Assembly (NCBI GenBank): GCA_016938175.1
Contig: JAFGVE010000017.1
Span: forward strand, 344-64,343
Reading direction: 5' to 3'
DNA length: 64,000 nt
Origin: Campylobacterales bacterium
Lineage (GTDB): Bacteria; Campylobacterota; Campylobacteria; Campylobacterales; Sulfurimonadaceae
Shown here: piece after piece, positions 39,845 to 49,888 of the stretch
Numbering within the stretch: position 1 is the first letter of the stretch
Layout of the letters: each line of letters starts with the position of its first letter
Program-made: the position numbers and the translations under genes
Notes under the pieces: generated by a model
The model's input: only the letters and a program-made list of their open reading frames with translations
Told to the model about the DNA's origin: nothing
Databases searched by the model: none

Positions 39845-40728
39845 TGTGACAGTAAATCTCTCAAACTCGCTTGAGGACTTTTTCCTTCAAGCATATAGTA
39901 AACCTCTTTGGCTATTGGCAAGTAAAGTCCATTAGCCTCACTCAAACGCCAGAGTGCATAGGCTGTACCTATTCCCTCTGCAACTTCCCCAAGTTCTTGA
40001 AGTATCTCATCTTGTGTTTTTCCTTGGGCTAAGCCAAGTCCAACTCGGAAATTTCTGCTCATAGATGAAGATGCAGTTAAAAAAAGGTCTCCCGCACCAC
40101 CCAAACCTATAAATGTTTCATTCTTTGCACCATATGCTATACCAAAACGATGCATCTCTACAAGTCCACGTGCAATCAATGCCGCCGCCGCATTTTTTCC
40201 TAACTGTAAACCTTCACAAATTCCAGCAGCAATGGCAATAACATTTTTATATGCCCCAGTAATCTCTGCTCCTATAACATCATCAGAAGTATAGGTTTTA
40301 ATAAAAGAAGGAAAGAGTGAAGCAAAGGATTCAGCAGTCTTTAAAGAGAGCGAATTTACAACCAAAGCAGTCGGTAGAGAAGCTAAAACTTCAACGGCAA
40401 ATGAAGGACCAGATAAAAAAGCAACATTCTCTTCTGGTACATGCTTAGCGTATATCTCATTTAAAAATCTTCCACTGCTCGCTTCTATTCCTTTTGCCGC
40501 TACTAAAATTTTTTGTCCCTTGAAAACAAAGTTCTCTTCCAACCACAAGGCTATCTGCTGTGCTGGAACAGTAATGATAAGATACTCACACTCGAGTATT
40601 CTCTCTAATGAGACAAAGTTTAGCAGTTCTCTTGATCTACGGGAATTTATGAGTACATCATTTTTTTCACTCATAGCAAATGCTAAAGCACTTCCCCATT
40701 TTCCAGCACCGATTACACCAACTTCCAT
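39841..40728 (-). CDS. gpsA: NAD(P)H-dependent glycerol-3-phosphate dehydrogenase
   Basis: N-terminal GAGKWGSALA, then GPSFAVEV and YKNVIAIAAG. Confidence 0.92.
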   Translation of the reverse strand: MEVGVIGAGKWGSALAFAMSEKNDVLINSRRSRELLNFVSLERILECEYLIITVPAQQIALWLEENFVFKGQKILVAAKGIEASSGRFLNEIYAKHVPEENVAFLSGPSFAVEVLASLPTALVVNSLSLKTAESFASLFPSFIKTYTSDDVIGAEITGAYKNVIAIAAGICEGLQLGKNAAAALIARGLVEMHRFGIAYGAKNETFIGLGGAGDLFLTASSSMSRNFRVGLGLAQGKTQDEILQELGEVAEGIGTAYALWRLSEANGLYLPIAKEVYYMLEGKSPQASLRDLLSQ

Positions 40729-41418
40729 CTACACACTCCCTATGCGTTTTTTAAACTCGTCTATATCTTTTTCAAAGCCTACAACAACAAGTATATCGCC
40801 CTCATGTATAATATGGCTATTTAGTTTTGAAGCATAAATAAACTCATGGCTCATATCTTCATGCATTACAGACAAAATGATAATCCCTTTGTATCTACTC
40901 CAGTCAATATCAGCTATCATCTGATCTTTAAAATATTCTGCATTTAAAACTTTTACCTGCTCAATTTTAAGATCACTCTCTTCATACAAAATACTATGTA
41001 ACACCCTGTTTGAAATTGGTCTCTCCAAAACATTTGCTATTATATCCGCAGTTGTTTCAACTATTGGAATAACTTTATTTGCCCCTGCCATTTTCAACTT
41101 ATTAGCACTCTCATTATTTGAAGCAATAGCAATAATTATTAAATCTTTAAAATGTGCACGAAGTGAAATTGTCAAGAAAATATTTTCTGCACTATTCTCT
41201 AAAACACAAAATGCTATAGAGTTTTCTATATCTACGCTCTGTGCTATATCAAGCCAGTCATCACTCAAATCAAAACGTTCAGTGACTATAGTCTTTCCAC
41301 TTACATCTTGCCCTTCAAGAGCATATATGTTTACTGTGTCATACTTACTTTTTACATTTGCCTCAATCTCTAATGCATACTTGTTAAGACCAAAAATCAT
41401 AGCTGTTGTACTAGACAT
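40729..41418 (-). CDS. RCK/TrkA-like regulatory domain protein (degenerate nucleotide-binding loop)
   Basis: TrkA-N-like then TrkA-C-like pattern (EGDILVVVGFEKDIDEFKK). ATG at 41418 overlaps the stop of the upstream channel gene by 8 nt. Confidence 0.6.
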   Translation of the reverse strand: MSSTTAMIFGLNKYALEIEANVKSKYDTVNIYALEGQDVSGKTIVTERFDLSDDWLDIAQSVDIENSIAFCVLENSAENIFLTISLRAHFKDLIIIAIASNNESANKLKMAGANKVIPIVETTADIIANVLERPISNRVLHSILYEESDLKIEQVKVLNAEYFKDQMIADIDWSRYKGIIILSVMHEDMSHEFIYASKLNSHIIHEGDILVVVGFEKDIDEFKKRIGSV

Positions 41419-42973
41419 GTTCAACCTTTTTATGCAGTGACATTTCAAACTCACTTATAAATGCTTTATAACCGACGACTAAAAGATAATCTCCAGTCTC
41501 CAAAAGAGTCGAATCTATAGGATTAAAGTAAAATCTATCGCTCTCTCCCTTTGATACTCCAAGAACAATAACTCTATATTTTTTATTTGTCAAAGAACCT
41601 ATAGTAGGAAAATTTTCAATTATACGAGGCGTAAGCATAATCTCATCAATATCAACGTAAGTATACTCACTTCTAAACTGATGAATAACCTCAAAAGCAG
41701 CCGGTTTTCCTACAAGCTCTTTTGTGATTAATCCTACAAGCTCTTGAGGATATACAATCTTATTGATACCTGCAAATTCCAACTTTTTACGATTTGCATC
41801 TTTCATAAGTAAAGAGAGAATTAAAACATCCTTGTCTATCGCCCGAATTGTTAAAGCTGTATAAACATTTTCAACATCATCTTCTCGTAGACATAAGACA
41901 GCTTTTACCTGTTTAGAGATGTCAATATTTAATTTTTCATAACTCTCCATACTCCCTGGAGAGTAATGCATTGCGATAAAACCATCTTGACGAGCACTCT
42001 GTACACGTGCTTCATTTTCATCTAAAACAATAATTTGATGTGAACTTCGTTTGAGTTTTCTTGCCAACTCTCTAGCTATGTTTTCATAACCACAAATGAG
42101 ATAATAGTCACGAAGTTTAGTAATATCTTCAATATTTTTCACCTCTTTTATCTCATCAAGTTTCTCCGTAAATGCGGAAACAACTAAAGAGGTCGTAAAG
42201 GCTAAAACAGCAATTCCTGAAGTAATTACTATCATAGCCACTACACGTCCCTCTGTTGTTACAGGAGTAACATCACCATATCCAACTGTAGATATAGTTA
42301 CTATAGACCAGTAAACAGCCTCAAAAAGTGTATTTACCGGAGAACTTGGATTATTAGCTTCCATGACATAAATAAGTACAGAAGAGACAAAAATAACTAT
42401 AGAAGCAAACATAGCAAGCGTTATAAACTCAAATTTTTTAGTCGCTAAAACACCCGCAAGTGTTTGAAAACTTTTTGCATATCTAAAGAGCTTAAATACC
42501 CGAAAGAGAATAAAAGTACGAAGTAATCTCAGTTCATGAAAGAAAGGAAGAATTGCTAGAAGATCGATAATAGCACGTACTGAAATAATATAAGAAAATT
42601 TTACTGAGAGCACCTCTTTAAAGGCTTTTGAAAGCCGAACCTTAGAACCAAGAAAACTGTCATGTTCAGAGCGTCTTACAATAATTTCACTGACACTGCT
42701 ACTTACCCAGAGGCGTAGCATATACTCGATAAAAAAGATTATTGAAACTATATAGTTGCTAAAATAAAGTAAAAAATCACTGACAGGATACTTTACTTCC
42801 CGAATTAGTACTCCAACACTTATAAATATAAGTGTTATCATCAAGATATCTACATATTTTTTATATCTGTACTGGTCATTTTCAAGAAGATTGTAAAAAA
42901 AAGTTTTTTTCGCCTGATACTTTTTAGATGTATGAAGTGCATATGCAGCATCTAATATCAAGCGTTTGAGCAT
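41411..42973 (-). CDS. voltage-sensor-type potassium channel with C-terminal RCK domains
   Basis: S4-like segment LRLLRTFILFRVFKLFRYAK, selectivity filter TVGYGD, and cytoplasmic RCK modules (YYLICGYENIAREL, GDYLLVVGYKAFISEF). Confidence 0.85.
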   Translation of the reverse strand: MLKRLILDAAYALHTSKKYQAKKTFFYNLLENDQYRYKKYVDILMITLIFISVGVLIREVKYPVSDFLLYFSNYIVSIIFFIEYMLRLWVSSSVSEIIVRRSEHDSFLGSKVRLSKAFKEVLSVKFSYIISVRAIIDLLAILPFFHELRLLRTFILFRVFKLFRYAKSFQTLAGVLATKKFEFITLAMFASIVIFVSSVLIYVMEANNPSSPVNTLFEAVYWSIVTISTVGYGDVTPVTTEGRVVAMIVITSGIAVLAFTTSLVVSAFTEKLDEIKEVKNIEDITKLRDYYLICGYENIARELARKLKRSSHQIIVLDENEARVQSARQDGFIAMHYSPGSMESYEKLNIDISKQVKAVLCLREDDVENVYTALTIRAIDKDVLILSLLMKDANRKKLEFAGINKIVYPQELVGLITKELVGKPAAFEVIHQFRSEYTYVDIDEIMLTPRIIENFPTIGSLTNKKYRVIVLGVSKGESDRFYFNPIDSTLLETGDYLLVVGYKAFISEFEMSLHKKVEHV

Positions 42974-42976
42974 AAC

Positions 42977-44404
42977 TTACCCTAATTTGGATTTTAAAAG
43001 TTCATTAACTGTTTGTGGGTCGGCACTCCCTTTTGAAGCTTTCATAACCTGACCAACAAAAAAACCAAAAAGTTTATCTTTTCCACCTTGGTACTCTGCT
43101 ACTTTTTCAGGATTTGCACCAATAATTTCATCACAGATAGCTTCAATTGCACCTGTATCAGTCACCTGTTTTAATCCTAAAGTATCAATGGAACTATCAA
43201 CATCTACATCATTTTCCATAAGATAATCAAGTACCTCTTTTGCAGCTTTACCAGAGATTGTTTTATCATCAATACGAGCTGCTAAGAGACCTAATTTATT
43301 TGCATCAACTGGTGAGTTTGTAATGTTTAGCTCACCTTTTAGACGAGCTAGTAGTTCAACAGTTAGAAGTGATGTTGCAGTCTTTGCACTTACACCTTTA
43401 ATACTCATCATAGTTTCAAAGAAGTGTGCCATCTCCACAGATGATGTAATAACACCTGCATTGTACTCATTAAGTCCAAACTCTTTTACAAAGCGTTCAC
43501 GTTTTTCATCTGGAAGTTCAGGAATCTTTGAGTACTTCTCTAACATCTCATCTGTGATAACAGCTTTTAAAAGATCTGGCTCAGGAAAGTAGCGGTAATC
43601 TGCAGCTTCTTCTTTACCACGCATAGAGCGAGTCTCTTGTTTAACTTGGTCAAAAAGACGAGTCTCTTGGAAAATTTCTTCATCATAAACACCATCTTCC
43701 CACGCTTCACTCTGACGTGTAATCTCCACCTGAATAGCTTTCTCAATGAATTTAAAAGAGTTAATATTCTTAATCTCAACACGAGTGTAAAGCTTCTCAT
43801 CACCCTTTGGACGAATAGAGACATTTACATCCACTCTAAAAGAACCCTCTTGCATATTCGCATCACCAATATCTAAATAGCGAATAATAGAGTGGAGTTT
43901 TTTCAAATATAAAATTGCCTCCTCAGCACTTCTCATATCTGGTTCTGAAACTATCTCTAAAAGAGGTGTACCTGCACGATTTAAATCAACTTTAGAGATA
44001 TCACCATCATGGATATTTTTTCCTGCATCTGCTTCAATATGTGCACGGTTTATTCGAATTTCTTTATGTGTTCCATCTTCAAAATCAATTTGCAGTTTTC
44101 CATGTTCTACAACAGGAGTATATAGTTGTGTTATCTGATATGCCGATGGTGAATCAGGATAAAAGTAAGACTTTCTATCAAAAAATGAAGTTTTGTTTAT
44201 TGTTGCATCAATCGCTGTTCCAAGCATAATTGACTTATGAAGTACCTCTTTATTTAAAACTGGAAGTGCTCCTGGAAGTGCTAAACAAGTTGGACATGTA
44301 TTTGTGTTTTGTGTATGATTAAAACTCGTCGGACACGAGCAAAAAAGTTTTGTTGCTGTATTTAACTGTACATGAACTTCAAGACCGATTACTACTTCAA
44401 ACAT
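42977..44404 (-). CDS. gatB: Asp-tRNA(Asn)/Glu-tRNA(Gln) amidotransferase subunit B
   Basis: Contains [23 protein letters not shown]-type motif [12 protein letters not shown] and [17 protein letters not shown]. Confidence 0.97.
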   Translation of the reverse strand: MFEVVIGLEVHVQLNTATKLFCSCPTSFNHTQNTNTCPTCLALPGALPVLNKEVLHKSIMLGTAIDATINKTSFFDRKSYFYPDSPSAYQITQLYTPVVEHGKLQIDFEDGTHKEIRINRAHIEADAGKNIHDGDISKVDLNRAGTPLLEIVSEPDMRSAEEAILYLKKLHSIIRYLDIGDANMQEGSFRVDVNVSIRPKGDEKLYTRVEIKNINSFKFIEKAIQVEITRQSEAWEDGVYDEEIFQETRLFDQVKQETRSMRGKEEAADYRYFPEPDLLKAVITDEMLEKYSKIPELPDEKRERFVKEFGLNEYNAGVITSSVEMAHFFETMMSIKGVSAKTATSLLTVELLARLKGELNITNSPVDANKLGLLAARIDDKTISGKAAKEVLDYLMENDVDVDSSIDTLGLKQVTDTGAIEAICDEIIGANPEKVAEYQGGKDKLFGFFVGQVMKASKGSADPQTVNELLKSKLG

Positions 44405-44483
44405 AAATTTCCTTAATTGTAATAAATTATAATCAATCTATTTTATCTTATTTATGCTTTCATAACTCATAAACGTAAGGATT

Positions 44484-44750
44484 TTAGCTTTTTGTATGTT
44501 TCTTATAAATTTTTTCTAAAAGTTGTGTCTGTTTTTTCGCCTCTTCCAAACGCTCTTTATTAACAGCTAGACCATCAAGTAAAAGAACTAAAAAAAGAGA
44601 GACTACTATAAATAAAATTGTGAGAAAAATTGCAAGTGTCACTCCCAAAGAGAGGGAGATTTTGAAGGTTAAATAAGCACCGAAAAGGATAATTCCCCAT
44701 GATGCTCCAAGCAAAAAGCTTATAATACGATCGTAAATATCTTTTTGCAT
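44484..44750 (-). CDS. small two-TM membrane protein
   Basis: 88 aa, placed 13 nt downstream of atpB on the same strand. No family recognised. Confidence 0.5.
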   Translation of the reverse strand: MQKDIYDRIISFLLGASWGIILFGAYLTFKISLSLGVTLAIFLTILFIVVSLFLVLLLDGLAVNKERLEEAKKQTQLLEKIYKKHTKS

Positions 44751-44763
44751 CTGCTAAAAGAGC

Positions 44764-45438
44764 TTAGTGCTCGTCAACCGCTATAGCACCACCAAGGTAA
44801 ACATATGTAAGCATCATAAAAATGAAAGCTTGTAAAAATGCCATAAATGTAAGAAGTGCAAATGGAATCATTGGTAAAGCCCAAGGAGCAAGCATAAGGA
44901 TTACCATTAAGAACATATCATCACCTTTAACGTTACCGAAAAGACGGAATGAAAGAGAAACTAAACGTGAAAAGTGTGAAACGATTTCGATTGGAAGCAT
45001 TAACCAGTATAACCACCAAACTGGACCTAAAAAGTGTTTAAAGTATTTAATAACACCTTGACGACGAATCCCCTCAAAGTTATAGTATACAAATACAACT
45101 AATGCAAGTGTAAGTGGCATTTCAAGGAATGCAGTAGGAGCTTCAAAACCTGGGATGACACCAATTAAGTTTGCAATACCAACAAAAAGTCCAATAGTAG
45201 CAACTAGTGGAAGGTAACGACGAGCAGCCTCTTTACCCATAACATCCGTACCCATTTTTAAAACACCACCGATATACGCTTCCATAAGGTTTTGAGCACC
45301 TTTTGGAACTGTTTGTAAGTTTGCCATAGCAACTTTAACAAGTAAAATAGCGATACCTGCAGAAAGCAGCATGTGTGTGATGTAAATAAAAGTCTTATCA
45401 TGACCTATAAGACCGAAAAACGTAAACAATTCTGGCAT
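44764..45438 (-). CDS. atpB: F0F1 ATP synthase subunit a
   Basis: Contains [10 protein letters not shown] with the essential Arg, and C-terminal TM helices [13 protein letters not shown]. Confidence 0.93.
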   Translation of the reverse strand: MPELFTFFGLIGHDKTFIYITHMLLSAGIAILLVKVAMANLQTVPKGAQNLMEAYIGGVLKMGTDVMGKEAARRYLPLVATIGLFVGIANLIGVIPGFEAPTAFLEMPLTLALVVFVYYNFEGIRRQGVIKYFKHFLGPVWWLYWLMLPIEIVSHFSRLVSLSFRLFGNVKGDDMFLMVILMLAPWALPMIPFALLTFMAFLQAFIFMMLTYVYLGGAIAVDEH

Positions 45439-45548
45439 AGAAGAGCTCCCTTGCGTTAAAAATTACGCAATTATATGCAAAGTTGCATTAAATTATTCTA
45501 AGTTTGCTACAATTGAGCCCAAACATAACTCATAAGAAGGAAAGTAAA

Positions 45549-46115
45549 ATGAAAATGTTACACATTAGCGCACTTATTACATTAACAACTACACTTCTTT
45601 GTGCCACATCTCAACAAGAGCAAGCAGAGCTTATCAAAACTGGTAAGGAGAGTACTGCTCTTCTGCTTAAAACCTTAGGTACAAATATGCAACAACATAT
45701 GAAAGCTGGGGGTCCGATGGATGCACTAGACTTCTGTTCAAATGAAGCGTATAGTTTAACTGAGTCTGTGAATAAAAAGCTACAAGAAGGTGTTACCGTC
45801 AAACGAGTTAGCAGTAAATTTAGAAGTCTTGTAAACAAGCCATCTACTGATGAACAAAAGGTATTAGAAAAATTACAAGCGCAACAAGATGCAGGAGAAA
45901 AACTACCGCCTTACGTTTTAAAACAAGTAAATCAAAATAGTTATAAATTTTATAAACCTCTCATAATAGAAAAAGAGGTCTGTCTTAAATGTCATGGAAA
46001 TGTAACAGACAAGCATTTAAAGGATGCGATTGAAGCTCGCTATCCAGATGACAAAGCAATGCATTATAAATTAAACGATTTACGTGGAGCAGTAGTTGTA
46101 ACAATTACAAAGTAG
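45549..46115 (+). CDS. DUF3365-like periplasmic protein with one CxxCH haem motif
   Basis: Signal peptide from ATG 45549 (AAGGAAAG upstream), VKRVSSKFRSLVNKPSTDE and CLKCHG. Confidence 0.65.
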   Translation: MKMLHISALITLTTTLLCATSQQEQAELIKTGKESTALLLKTLGTNMQQHMKAGGPMDALDFCSNEAYSLTESVNKKLQEGVTVKRVSSKFRSLVNKPSTDEQKVLEKLQAQQDAGEKLPPYVLKQVNQNSYKFYKPLIIEKEVCLKCHGNVTDKHLKDAIEARYPDDKAMHYKLNDLRGAVVVTITK

Positions 46116-46133
46116 CCTTTTTCTATGGCTACT
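46111..46133. terminator. candidate bidirectional terminator hairpin between convergent genes
   Basis: AGTAGCC / GGCTACT 7-bp stem with a 9-nt T-rich loop. It spans both stop codons. Confidence 0.3.
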
Positions 46134-47697
46134 TAGCAAACTCGACTGCTCTACTCTCTCGAATAACACTTACTTTAATCTCTCCTGGATATTGTACACG
46201 CTCTTCAATATCTTTTACTATCTCTTTGGCTATGAGTACAGATTCATCATCATTCACAAGTGCTGCATTGACTATCACACGAATTTCACGACCTGCATTA
46301 ATAGCATATGCTTGTTTTACACCTGTCTGTGCAGATGCAATTTCCTCAATTTGTGTCACACGTTTTAAAAAACTCTCTAAAACTTCTCTTCTCGCTCCAG
46401 GTCTGGCAGCTGAAAGTGCATCAGCAGCACATACTGCACCACACTCTATTGAGTTAATCTCTTGATGTCCATGGTGTGCATATATTGCATTTATAACTAC
46501 TTCATCTTCATTATAACGACGACATACTTCTACACCTAAATCAACATGGTTTCCATCGTTTTCATGTGTTAAGGCTTTTCCTATGTCATGAAGTATACCT
46601 GCACGTTTTGCAAGACGTGCGTCACCACCCATTTCTGCTGCCATAATACCAGCAAGATGTGCGACTTCAAGGGTATGTGCAAGTGCATTTTGCCCATAAC
46701 TTGCTCTATAACGAAGACGTCCTATAAGCTTCACAAGTTCTGGATGCATAACACCAAGATCCATATCCGCAATAATTTCTTCACCCTCTTCTAAAATTTT
46801 TGATTCAAACTCTTTACTGACTTTTTCAAAAATCTCTTCTATTTTAGCTGGCTGTACACGACCATCTTCAATGAGTAATTCCAAAGTTTTTGTAGCAATA
46901 GCTCTTCTATAAAGGTTAAAACTACTTACAAGAATAACATTTGGCGTCTCATCGATAATAATATCAACGCCCAAAAGCATCTCAAGAGTTTTGATATTTC
47001 GTCCCTCTTTTCCAATAATGCGTCCTTTGAGCTCATCACTATCAAGATGAACAGTATTTGTTAAACGCTCACTTGAAAACTCTCCTGCATAGCGACTCGT
47101 AGCCTGTGCAAGTATGAAGTTAGCCTTACGTTCACCTTCCTCTCTTGCTTGACTCTCAAAACGTCGTACTGTATGTGCTATCTCTGCACGTGACTTCTCT
47201 TCAATTTTTTCGAAAAGAACTTTTTTTGCTTCATCTTGTGTCATTCCCGCACTGTTTTCTAAAGTGTGTAGGACTTCATCAATTTGATTCTCATATTTTA
47301 ATTTTAGTGCCGCTAGGGACTTTTCATTTCTTTCTAAATTAATCTTTAGTGCTTTAAGGTTTTGGTTCTCTTGTTGTAGTTTTTTCTCTTCTACTGCTTT
47401 AAACTGTGCAAACTGATTCTCTTTTCTTTGTACAGATTCTTCTCTTTGTACTAAATCAGCTCTTGCTCTATCCTTAGCAGTTGCAAACTCTTTTTGTGCC
47501 TCTTGAATAATATTGTCAGCTTTAAACTGAGCACGTTCTAAAAGTGTTTGCGCTTCATTCTCAATTGCACGTGCTTTTGCTTGTGCTTGTTGTACATAAA
47601 CCTCAAAATTTGCACTTGTTAATTTTTTTGAAATAAAAAATCCGACAACACCACTTACGATGGCTGTACCACCACCTAGCAGTATTTCGTTAAACAT
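46129..47697 (-). CDS. rny: ribonuclease Y
   Basis: N-terminal TM, coiled coil, KH domain (GRIIGKEGRNIKTLE) and HD domain (HTLEVAHL...LHDIGK). Confidence 0.95.
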   Translation of the reverse strand: MFNEILLGGGTAIVSGVVGFFISKKLTSANFEVYVQQAQAKARAIENEAQTLLERAQFKADNIIQEAQKEFATAKDRARADLVQREESVQRKENQFAQFKAVEEKKLQQENQNLKALKINLERNEKSLAALKLKYENQIDEVLHTLENSAGMTQDEAKKVLFEKIEEKSRAEIAHTVRRFESQAREEGERKANFILAQATSRYAGEFSSERLTNTVHLDSDELKGRIIGKEGRNIKTLEMLLGVDIIIDETPNVILVSSFNLYRRAIATKTLELLIEDGRVQPAKIEEIFEKVSKEFESKILEEGEEIIADMDLGVMHPELVKLIGRLRYRASYGQNALAHTLEVAHLAGIMAAEMGGDARLAKRAGILHDIGKALTHENDGNHVDLGVEVCRRYNEDEVVINAIYAHHGHQEINSIECGAVCAADALSAARPGARREVLESFLKRVTQIEEIASAQTGVKQAYAINAGREIRVIVNAALVNDDESVLIAKEIVKDIEERVQYPGEIKVSVIRESRAVEFAK

Positions 47698-47698
47698 T

Positions 47699-48283
47699 TT
47701 AATTCCCTATTTTTTTGACTTTAGCTCTATTTGTAACTAGCCCTGCTGGAGTAACTAAAAAATTACAGTCTATATCATGCACGTCGCAAAGCGACTCTTG
47801 TGTATAACAGAGCTTTGGTTGTGTAAATATTATTATTGGCCTTTCCTGCAATGTCGCAAAAAAACGATCATACATCCCTTTTCCAAAACCAACTCTTTGT
47901 AAATTTCCATCAACCCCAACCGCAGGTACTATGGCTATATCAATTTTTTTTATTTTTCTATATGTATTACCCGCTTCAAAAATATCAAACTTTTTTTTCT
48001 TCAGCGGTAATCTAAATGGTACCATCTTAAAACTTTCGCCTTCCATAAATGGTAAATAAATTTCACAAGAACTTCGTAGGTGCTTCATTAGTTTGCGTAT
48101 ATCTGCTTCAAAATTTAAAGGATAATAAAAAAGTATCTTGGTACGTTTGGTTTTTCCATGCTGCTTTAACAATTTCAATAGATATTTTTGCAATTTTGCA
48201 TTCAAATAGAAACTATTATGTTTAGGCAAGTTTTTAATTGTATTCAGAGAGTTTTGTCTAAATTCATTTTTACTAAGGGGCAT
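47699..48283 (-). CDS. 5-formyltetrahydrofolate cyclo-ligase family protein
   Basis: IAIVPAVGVDGNLQRVGFGKGMYDRFF matches the MTHFS motif. Confidence 0.75.
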   Translation of the reverse strand: MPLSKNEFRQNSLNTIKNLPKHNSFYLNAKLQKYLLKLLKQHGKTKRTKILFYYPLNFEADIRKLMKHLRSSCEIYLPFMEGESFKMVPFRLPLKKKKFDIFEAGNTYRKIKKIDIAIVPAVGVDGNLQRVGFGKGMYDRFFATLQERPIIIFTQPKLCYTQESLCDVHDIDCNFLVTPAGLVTNRAKVKKIGN

Positions 48284-48350
48284 ATTAAATCTTTATGGCT
48301 ATAATTTCGCACATTTTACACAAAAAACAAAAATGAGGTAATACTTTTTT

Positions 48351-48911
48351 ATGTCTAAATTTTTTCTATCTACAGCAACAATACTTTTTCTCCTCTTCCT
48401 TAGTGCCTGTTCTTCAGATGAACAAAACGCCAACGATGCAAATGCAATGGTTTCAACAAACGAATACGTTTTAGATGGTCTCAATAAAGAGCAATATGTG
48501 CTTATAAAAAGTGAAAATGGCTTTTACATCAAAGGAGCTAAAGAAAAAATTCTTATGCTCGATATTTTTGCAACATGGTGTCCACCTTGCCAAGCAGAAG
48601 CTCCTCATCTCTCATCACTTCAAGAAAAATTTAAAAATGATCTACTTATCATTGGTGTAAGTGTTGAAGATGGAATTGAAAATGTAAAACTACTCTCATT
48701 TGCACAAGAGTACAAGGCTGAATATCCGATGGTGAATTCTGCACAAAACCGTAGACTTATTAGTACAGTTGCAGATCAGCTGAAGCTTGGTAGAAATTTT
48801 GGTATCCCTCTCATGGCACTTTACAAAGATGGTAAGTTAATTAACTATTATCAGGGAGCTACAGAAGAAGAATTCATACAGAGTGATATAGAAAAAGCTC
48901 TGGGAAAATAG
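48351..48911 (+). CDS. TlpA-like thioredoxin-fold lipoprotein (thiol:disulfide oxidoreductase)
   Basis: Lipobox LFLSAC and the redox motif WCPPC. Confidence 0.8.
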   Translation: MSKFFLSTATILFLLFLSACSSDEQNANDANAMVSTNEYVLDGLNKEQYVLIKSENGFYIKGAKEKILMLDIFATWCPPCQAEAPHLSSLQEKFKNDLLIIGVSVEDGIENVKLLSFAQEYKAEYPMVNSAQNRRLISTVADQLKLGRNFGIPLMALYKDGKLINYYQGATEEEFIQSDIEKALGK

Positions 48912-49799
48912 ATGTTTGGTTTTATTAAAAAATCACTCGACAAAACTGTTGAGGCTATAAAAAGTGTTGCTCCAAAAAAGAAAATAACCTTTTCAAAAGA
49001 TGAAATTGAAGGTATACTCCTTGAAGCAGATGTTGAATATGCACTCATTGAGGTCATTTTAGGTGAAATATACCAAGAAAAAGTTACACGCGAAATTCTT
49101 CGTTCAAAACTTTTAGCAACACTTGCATACACATCTTATAAAGAACCAGAATTCACATCTCCTTTTGTTGAACTCATAGTTGGTGTAAATGGTGCTGGAA
49201 AAACAACAACCATCTCTAAACTCGCCCTTCGTTATAAAAATGAAGGGAAAAAAGTTATTTTAGGTGCTGGTGATACATTTAGAGCAGCAGCAATAGAACA
49301 GTTAACTCTCTGGTCTAAAAAACTCGACATTCCTATAGTAGCATCAAAACAAGGTCATGATAGTTCAGCAGTTGCTTACGATACTATAGACTCAGCGAAA
49401 TCTAAAGGTTTTGACAATGTCATTATAGATACCGCCGGGAGACTTCATACACAAACAAATCTTGCAAATGAACTTAAAAAAATTCATCGTATATGTGACA
49501 AGGCACACTCTGGTGCACCGCATAGAACAATTTTAGTTTTAGATGGAACACAAGGTAACTCTGCAATTGCGCAAGCAAAAGCCTTTAATGAGATGATTGG
49601 TGTTGATGGAATTATAATTACCAAACTTGATGGAACTGCAAAAGGTGGAAGCATATTTAGCATCGCATATGCACTTGAACTACCTATTTTATTTGTAGGG
49701 ACAGGTGAACAACCTGAAAACCTAACACCTTTTGATAAGTACGAGTTTGTAGATGGTCTTTTAGACGCAATTTTTGAAGAGGAAAGTACGGAATCATAA
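48912..49799 (+). CDS. ftsY: signal recognition particle receptor FtsY
   Basis: NG domain: [27 protein letters not shown]. Confidence 0.95.
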   Translation: MFGFIKKSLDKTVEAIKSVAPKKKITFSKDEIEGILLEADVEYALIEVILGEIYQEKVTREILRSKLLATLAYTSYKEPEFTSPFVELIVGVNGAGKTTTISKLALRYKNEGKKVILGAGDTFRAAAIEQLTLWSKKLDIPIVASKQGHDSSAVAYDTIDSAKSKGFDNVIIDTAGRLHTQTNLANELKKIHRICDKAHSGAPHRTILVLDGTQGNSAIAQAKAFNEMIGVDGIIITKLDGTAKGGSIFSIAYALELPILFVGTGEQPENLTPFDKYEFVDGLLDAIFEEESTES

Positions 49800-49803
49800 A
49801 CAC

Positions 49804-49826
49804 AAATATGACACTTTGTCATATTT
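49804..49826. terminator. perfect palindrome after ftsY (candidate terminator or operator upstream of radA)
   Basis: AAATATGACA ctt TGTCATATTT: 10-bp arms, 3-nt loop. It starts 5 nt after the ftsY stop. Confidence 0.35.
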
Positions 49827-49888
49827 TAAACCAGTTCATCTAATCCATATTATAATTCTTCCATCAAACTACTAAAGGCGATAGTTCT

